A DNA stretch of 61,723 bases from Dendrobates tinctorius (lineage: Eukaryota), in assembly GCF_039654945.1 (NCBI RefSeq), contig NW_027361825.1, forward strand, positions 2,916,278 to 2,978,000, written 5' to 3'. The position numbers and the translations under genes were made by a program. Position 1 is the stretch's first letter; each line of letters starts with the position of its first letter. A model generated the notes under the pieces. The model was not told the DNA's origin and made no database searches. It was given only the letters and a program-made list of their open reading frames with translations. This document shows positions 54,418 to 61,723 of the stretch, piece by piece.

Positions 54418-56211
54418 GGTAAGCGGAGTCCCTGTGACTGTGCACAGATGCCTGGTGCTGTTGTGTGGCACTGGCGGGTGATGGACAGGTGCACTACTCT
54501 GGTTCCTAGTGACATAAATGAATTATGCTGGTGGAGTAAAGATTTTACCTGGTTCACATGGCGGGTAATGAGGCAGGTGCCAGTTTGTGGCCTGTGAGTT
54601 TGGTCTGAGTCCTGATGCTGGGCTAGTAGGGACTACTGTGGCTTGTGGTCATGAATTTAACGCGTGGTGGCCCCCAACCCGCTTACTTTGTCAGATGGGG
54701 GCCCCCAGTTGCAGCCAAATTAAGACTTTTCAAAGCTTTTTATGCCAGAATACTGGTATAACAGCTCTGATGAAACTGCCCTTTTCCTTTTATTCCCGTT
54801 TTTTTAATCTACTCTCTTTAAAGCTTATATACCACACACCATACGGGGATGAGGGGACCCATTACTAAACCCTTCTGCTCCCTCCCGTCCATGGGTATCA
54901 AATTAAATATTAGTTACTTGAAGTCACCACTAGGGGAACTCCCCACAGACAGTCACACAGCTACCAATGAGTTCTTTGCGAACTGTATACAGCGCCCTCT
55001 GCAGGATGCATTTTTCCGGAATTCAAGCTGAGCCCTTTCAGGACTGCAGTAATTATATGTTTATATGTGACTTAGTGTCTCTCATCACATTTCCTTACAT
55101 TTGTCACTGTCTTCTCTTCCAGATGTTCTTCTAAGCTACTTTTCTAATGGAATGAAACTAATTGTTTACCTGCTGGAGACTCAGAACTGGAATAATTTTT
55201 TTCTGGGTTGGGGTGGGTGGGGAGGGTTATAGTAACTTGGGATCATTTTTCGAAAGCTGGAGGCTTGATATATGTTTATGGAGGAAACAGTAGGTGACAT
55301 ATCTTATAGGATGTAAACTGCGGTGGGAATGAAGACGAGTCAGATTTGGAAATATAGAATTTGGAATGTTAGAGATCTTCTACTTGAGATATGCATACAG
55401 ATCAGATGGATCTACTATGTGATGTCCTACAGAAAGACCATGGAGAAGTGATGAGGCATGAGCAATGATCCAAGACGTCCTATGTCCTGTTATCTTTGGG
55501 TCAAAAGAATCAACGCGACCTCATCTGAGGGCCAGGACATTATGGAGTTCAGCGGATCTGAGGGCCATGACTTTATGGAATTCTGCTGATCTGAGGGTCA
55601 GCACTTTATGGATCTCTCCTGATGAAACATATTCTGCCATGATGTAATCCTTCGCTTTAGTCTTTCCTTGGTAGAGGCCGAATATGATGGAGATGACATT
55701 CATTCCTTGTGCTGCCTTCACTCCTCTACCGGGTGGACGACTTCTGGACAGATAATACAACATTGTTCCCAGGTGTCCAGTAAGTTCCACCAGGGCTGGG
55801 ATTTCAGGTCATCCTGTCAGACAGTAGAGGAGACCATAATGTCCTGATCTCACCTCCCTGAACCGAATCATTTTATTGGTCCTCCTGGTGTCGGCATTGG
55901 TTGTCTTTCTAGGTACATCACACTTGTGTTGTCTTCTGCCATAATCTAAAAGTGTCCAATGCCATAACGAGAGAAAACGCCATCCGGAGACTGAGAAGTT
56001 TACTATGAGCCTGTAAAGGTTCAGATTACTCACATCCCCTCTCAGGACACAGGGTTTTTAGCCATCTCTCAGGTGCTAGGTGACCGGCCTGTCAGCAATT
56101 GACTGCCTCTGCGCTGACTGCCATAACGCTGGTGCTCAGATCTACTGAACTAATGCTCTTACTGGTTGTAATTATTTATTTTCTGGGAAAGAAATTTGTT
56201 ACAATTCTAAT

Positions 56212-56217
56212 AATAAA
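56212..56217 (+). terminator. Probable polyA signal of the myomegalin-like gene
   Basis: AATAAA downstream of a putative non-coding last exon starting at 55123 (acceptor CTTCTCTTCCAG). Confidence 0.4.
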
Positions 56218-57706
56218 AGGTCTATAATAATCACATGTAATGTCCTGGCATTTATTTATAGAGGATCGTGAAGGTGCTGGATTATCAAATGTTCCAAATT
56301 AACAGAAGTATAAAAGAAAATAGCACACACAGACATGAGGGATTCCTGCTCACCTATTTAAACTAAGCACATGTCCAGAACACAGTACTGAGCAGTGTAG
56401 TTGTGAATCCAGCTCCAGGGTTCAAGAAACACTTACTAGAAAGCAGCAAAACGTATAAAAATAGGAGCAGATGTAGGCTGATAACTTTTTCTTTAGTTTT
56501 TATGATCATGCACAGGATTTCAGTGCATCCTAAAGGCAGGCTAACTGATTAACGTCAACTAAAGTGGGTACGAAAAGTATTCAGGTACCCCTTTAAATTT
56601 TTCACTTTGTTTCATTGCAGCCATTTAGTGAATTCAAAAAAGTTAATTTTTTTCCTCAATGTACACTCTGCACCCCATCCCTGAAAAAAAAAAAATGTAG
56701 AAATTTTTACAAATGTATTACAAAAGAAAAACTGAAATATCACATGGTCATAAGTAGCGATGGAAGAGCACTAAAATGCTCAGGTCGAGTAAATTGGAAT
56801 GCTTGGGCTCGTTGCTCGGGTCGAGCACCCAATGTACAGTGGGGGAAAAAAGAATTCAGTCATCCACCAATTGTGCAAGATCTCACACTTAAAAAGATGA
56901 GAGGCCTGTAATTGACATCATAAAGTATTCAGCCCCTTTGCTCAGTATTGAGTAGAAGCACCCATTTGAGCTAGTACAGCCATGAGTCGTCTTGGCAAGT
57001 TTTTCACACCTGGATTTGGGGATTCTCTGCCATTCTTCCTTGCAGATCCTCTCCAGTTCCGTCAGGTTGTGTAACAACCATGCTGGCATTGCTGCATGGC
57101 CTCCCATTCCCCACTCACCAACTTGCTCACTGCTCCAAACCATGCTGTGAATTCTGTTTACTGCCAGCTCCTTGCCTTGCCTCCTGTCTGCTGTGTTCGT
57201 TTCCTGACTGTGTGTATAGGGGGCGGCGCCTGAACTCTCTGCTTCTTATGGAGTCAGGGTGCACCTGGCTAATGTGTCCCTGACCAATTACCAAGAGCCC
57301 TATACTATTTAGGGCTGCCCCACCCACTGGAACATTGCTTGAGCAATGTCTAAACTCAGTGTTTTGCTGCTGAGTAAGCCAGGCCCTGTGCTGTGTTTCT
57401 CCTTCTCTGGAGGCTACACACCTAGCTTTGTCTTGTGCCTGTCTGTCTGCCCTCCAGGAGGCAGAATATCCTTGTCTCTGTGCTATAGCTCCTGACCTTA
57501 TCTTTCCAAGTACCTCCGTCCTCCCTCCAGGAGGCAGAATATCCTGGTCCTCGAGTCTTTGTCCCTGTACTTTATCTGAACTCTGTCCTACCCCGCCTCC
57601 TTGTCTTTGGCTTCTTTCCCTGCTGTGTCTATCCCTGTGTCCTCCCTGTCTGCTTCGCACTCCTGCGGCTCCGCCTACTTCTCACACCTGCCTGTATCCA
57701 TACCTG

Positions 57707-58994
57707 TGGGACGCCCTCACACCCAGGGCTGTGGGGTACTCGGTACCGTGCCCGATGAGCTCCAATGGGAGATGTCACGGCAGCTGTATCCCGGCCCATG
57801 GCCCTGGGCGCCCATTGTAAAAGGGGGTTGTTTCAGTGTGCTTATGGTGATGAAAGTTTATAAGTGATTGACGCCACCTGTGGTGTTCGGCGATAAAGAT
57901 GTAAGCCGACGCTGCAGACAGATCCTCTGGGACAGATGGTGTGGTGCAGCAATGATGTTATAGCCTTCCACAGGCAGGGCTGTAGTCCCAGGGCAGAGTA
58001 GGTGAAGGGACATGTAGATGGTGTAGTGTCAGGCGCAAGGGATGTAGCAGTGCTGGGCAGGTTGGCGCAGGGATAATTGGAGGACACCAGGGCATGTAGT
58101 TCCAAAGCTTTACTCACAGTCTGTTGTACAAACAGGTGCCTGCCTCCGCGCCGTGTCCTCCGGATCAGGGACTCAGTCAACCTCCAGGCAAGATGCAATG
58201 TATGTGCCTTTCTGAACGTCTCCTCTTATAGCGCCTTTAAATGAAGTACTCCCAGTACTGAGTTACACTGGAGTTCCTCCTGTCCGATGTTCCTATGAAC
58301 TCTACTTGTACAGCAGACAGCTGTAGCCTGCTTCGGGGACTCCTTACTCCTAGTCCCGGCTCACTATCGTTGCTGTTGTGCCCCCAAGTCTTGTGTGGGA
58401 ATAAAGTGGTCACTACTTCTATTCCTCCGGTGTCTGCTGCAGGACCATTAGTATTCATACAACCTCGGGGACCGCGCCCCAGCTTTGCGCTTGGAACTTC
58501 TAGGAAGGGTCCTCTTCTAACCCACGTCCTCTGTTCTCTTTTACTCCTCACGTTCCGTACTAATCCTTCTTTCTATGGAGAATCAGGCTTTCAGTCTATG
58601 CTGCTCTCTCTCTTCCTTTGCCGTGCCAGCAGACCCAGGTCACTGGGATCTGCTGCAGCACTTCCATCCATCTATCCCTCTCTCCAGGGATCTTCTTCTC
58701 TCCAACACTCTAACCAACTGACTTCTTATCCTAAACTCTTCCCGCTCTTTGTAATGTAATCTAACTCCACCCACCTCCCAGCACGTTTCGTGTTCCAAGC
58801 AGGGAGCCACCAATGGGTGCTTTGCTATACTCCAAGCAGGGAGCCGCCGAAGTGCTTTGCTACACTACTTTGTGGTGTGGGGGTGCAGGTGTTGGAGCCT
58901 GGTCAGGAGTCTCCACCTTACCTGGATGGTGGGATACCACACCTCAGGAGAAGGTGCAGTACCTCTGTGGCGACTGAGCCTCAGTGGTGCCACA
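57707..58994. mobile_element. Solo-LTR-like element B nested in A
   Basis: TGGGACGCCC...GTGCCACA termini; 4-bp TSD CCTG on both sides. Confidence 0.6.
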
Positions 58995-59064
58995 CCTGCT
59001 CCTCCCGTGTGAACAGGTCCAAACCTGTCCCATCATATTCCACTCCATCCTATCAGTACCTGTA

Positions 59065-60623
59065 CAGTCATGGCCAAAAGTTTTGAGAATGACACAAATA
59101 TTATATTTTCACATGATCTGCTGCCCTCTGGTTTTTATGTGTTTGTCAGATGTTTTTATCACATACAGAAATATAATTGCAATCATATTATGAGTAGCAA
59201 AAGGTTATATTGACAGTTAGAATGAGTTAATGCAGCAAGTCAATATTTGCAGTGTTGACCCTTCTTCTTCAGGACCTCAGCAATTCTCCCTGGCATGCTC
59301 TCAATCAACTTCTGGATCAAATCCAGACTGATAGCAGTCCATTCTTGCAAAATCAATGCTTTTATTTTGTCTGAATTTGAAGGTTTTTGTTTGTCCACCC
59401 GTCTCTTGATGATTGACCACAAGTTCTCAATGGGATTAAGATCTGGGGAGTTTCCAGGCCATGGTCCCAAAATCTCTGTTTTGTTCCCTGAGCCATTTAG
59501 TTATCACCTTTGCTTTATGGCAAGGTGCTCCATCATGTTGAAAAAGGCATTGTTGATCGCCAAACTGCTCTTGGACGGTTGGGAGAAGATTCTCTTGGAG
59601 GACATTCTGGTACCATTCTTTATTCATGGCTGTGTTTTTAGGCAAGACAGAGAGAGCCCATTCCCTTGGCTGAGAAGCAACCCCACACATGAATGGTTTC
59701 AGGATGCTTGACAGTTGGCATGAGACAAGACTGGTGGTAGCACTCACCTGGTCTTCTCCGAATAAGCCGTTTTCCAGATGTCCCAAACAATCGAAAAAGG
59801 GATTCATCAGAGAAAATGACTTTACCCCAGTCCTCAGCAGTCCACTCCCTGTCCCTCTTGCAGAATATCAGTCTCTCCATGATGTTTTTCCTGGAGAGAA
59901 GTGGCTTCTTTGTTGCCCTCCTTGAGACCAGGCCTTGCTCCAAGAGTCTCCACCTCACAGTGCGTGCAGATGCACTCACACCTGCCTGCTGCTATTCCTG
60001 AGCAAGCTCTGCACTGCTGGTAGCCCGATCCCGCAGCTGAAACACTTAAGAGACGGTCCTGGCGCTTGCTGGTCTTTCTTGGGCGCCCTGGAGCCTTTTT
60101 GGCAACAAGGGAACCTCTCTCCTTGAAGTTCTTGATGATGCGATAGATTGTTGACTGAGGTGCAATCTTTCTAGCTGCAATACTCTTCCCTGTTAGGCCA
60201 TTTTTGTGCAGTGCAATGATGACTGCACATGTTTCTTTAGAGATAACCATGGTTAACAGAAGAGAAACAATGATGCCAAGCACCAGCCTCCTTTTAAAGT
60301 GTCCAGTGGTGTCATTCTTACTTAATCATGACAGATTGATCTCCAGCCCTGTCCTCATCAACACCCACACCTGTGTTAATGGAGCAATCACTGAAACAAT
60401 GTTAGCTGGTCCTTTTAAGGCAGGGCTGCAATGATGTTGAAATGTGTTTTGGGGGATAAAGTTCATTTTCTAGGCAAATATTGACTTTGCAAGTAATTGC
60501 TGTTAAGCTGATCACTCTTTATAACATTCTGGAGTATATGCAAATTGCCATTAGAAAAAATGAAGCAGTAGACTTTGTAAAAATTAATATTTGTGTCATT
60601 CTCAAAACTTTTGGCCATGACTG
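59065..60623 (-). mobile_element. Tc1/mariner element nested in LTR A, frameshifted transposase
   Basis: TA|CAGTCATGGCCAAAAG...CTTTTGGCCATGACTG|TA. ORF pieces 59834-60283, 59638-59979 (FSDES), 59436-59807 (FQHDGAPCH) and 59240-59470 (WPGNSPDLNPIENLW). Confidence 0.92.
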
Positions 60624-61337
60624 TATCTGCACCTCCTGTTTGAACAGGACCCAACCTGTCCCTCCAAATTCTATAACTTCCGGCCAGTACCCGCTCCTGC
60701 TGTTTGAGCAGGTCCCTACCTGTTCCTTCATACACCACACCTGCCTGCCCTGTGTCTCCAAGCCGTGCCTGCCTGCCAGTGTATCAAGCAGTGCCTGCTT
60801 GCCCTGTGTCTCAGCTGTGCTTGCCTGCCCACCAGCTGCACCCAAGTGACTTGTCCCCGAGTGGGATCAGCAGTCACAGCCAGACACCACGCTGGAGTGG
60901 CACCTGGGAGCTGCCTGCTGCACAACCCTGACCTCACCATTGGAGGCTCCAGAGAAGACCAAAGCAACTGTCTTAGTCACGCCCCTTCCAGGGTAATCTG
61001 GTCCGTGGCACAGAGGGGCCACAACCTCCCGATTCGCGCCAACCTGCCAAGACGTGAGTGTGACAGGTTGGATGGTGAATGTTGGTGGACAGCCATTTTC
61101 AGGTCTCTCAAGAGATGCTCAATTGGGTTTAGGTCAGGGCTCTGGCTGGGCCAGTCAAGAATGGTCACAGAGTTGTTCTGAAGCCACTCCTATTTTAGCT
61201 GTGTGCTTAGGGTCATTGTCTTGTTGGAAGGTGAATCTTCGGCCAAGTCTGATGTCCAGAGCACTCTGGAAGAGGTTTTCATCCAGGATATCTCTCTACT
61301 TGGCCACATTCATGTTTCCTTCAATGGCAACCAGTCA

Positions 61338-61436
<99 letters not shown>

Positions 61437-61723
61437 TTATCTCCACACATACCGCTTACAATTACCACCAAAAAGGTCTATCTTCGTCTCATCAGACCAA
61501 AGACTCTTATTTCTCATAGTCTGGGAGTCCTTCATGTGTTTTTTAGCAAACTATACAGGCTTTTATATGTCTTGCACTGAGGAGAGGCTTCCGTCAGGCC
61601 ACTGTGCCATAAAGGCCCGACTGGTGGAGGGCTGCAGTGATAGCTGACTTTGTGGAACTTTCTCCCATCTCCCTACTGCATCTGTGGAGCTCAGCCACAG
61701 TGATCTTGGGGTTCTTCATTACC

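Larger units (their letters stand above)
57070..61065. mobile_element. Solo-LTR-like element A (contains two further insertions)
   Basis: TGTAAC...GTGACA termini; 5-bp TSD GGTTG at 57065-57069 and 61066-61070. Confidence 0.75.

Noticed and set aside
55520-55625. Three ~33-bp repeats giving a repetitive peptide (TLWSSADLRA)
   Set aside because: Downstream of the stop codon; treated as a small 3'UTR tandem duplication.

Overview
Eukaryotic genomic DNA, not prokaryotic: spliceosomal introns, and a repeat landscape typical of a frog (taxon is my inference). I reconstructed three multi-exon genes by reading splice sites. (1) On the minus strand, the 5' two-thirds of a carnitine O-acetyltransferase (CRAT)-like gene (ATG 11084, running off the left edge). 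Its frame is intact, but the catalytic His is replaced by Gln. (2) A complete PPT2 gene (28575-33721, +) with one GC-AG intron. (3) A complete ~754-aa gene (41702-54417, +) with a myomegalin/SMYLE-type N-terminal domain, an SKIP EB1-binding motif and a short coiled coil. It looks like a separate PDE4DIP/CDK5RAP2-family paralog. PPT2 marks the MHC class III region, and human CRAT, CDK5RAP2 and PDE4DIP lie on MHC paralogons, so the two flanking genes may be MHC-linked ohnologs not found at this position in human. The rest is four decayed Tc1/mariner elements, one L2/CR1-type LINE, solo-LTR-like inserts, piggyBac-, Harbinger-, hAT- and T2/Kolobok-type non-autonomous elements (many palindromic) and several minisatellites, including a 40-bp array of CTCF-like motifs. 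All homology calls are from recalled sequences; no searches were run.
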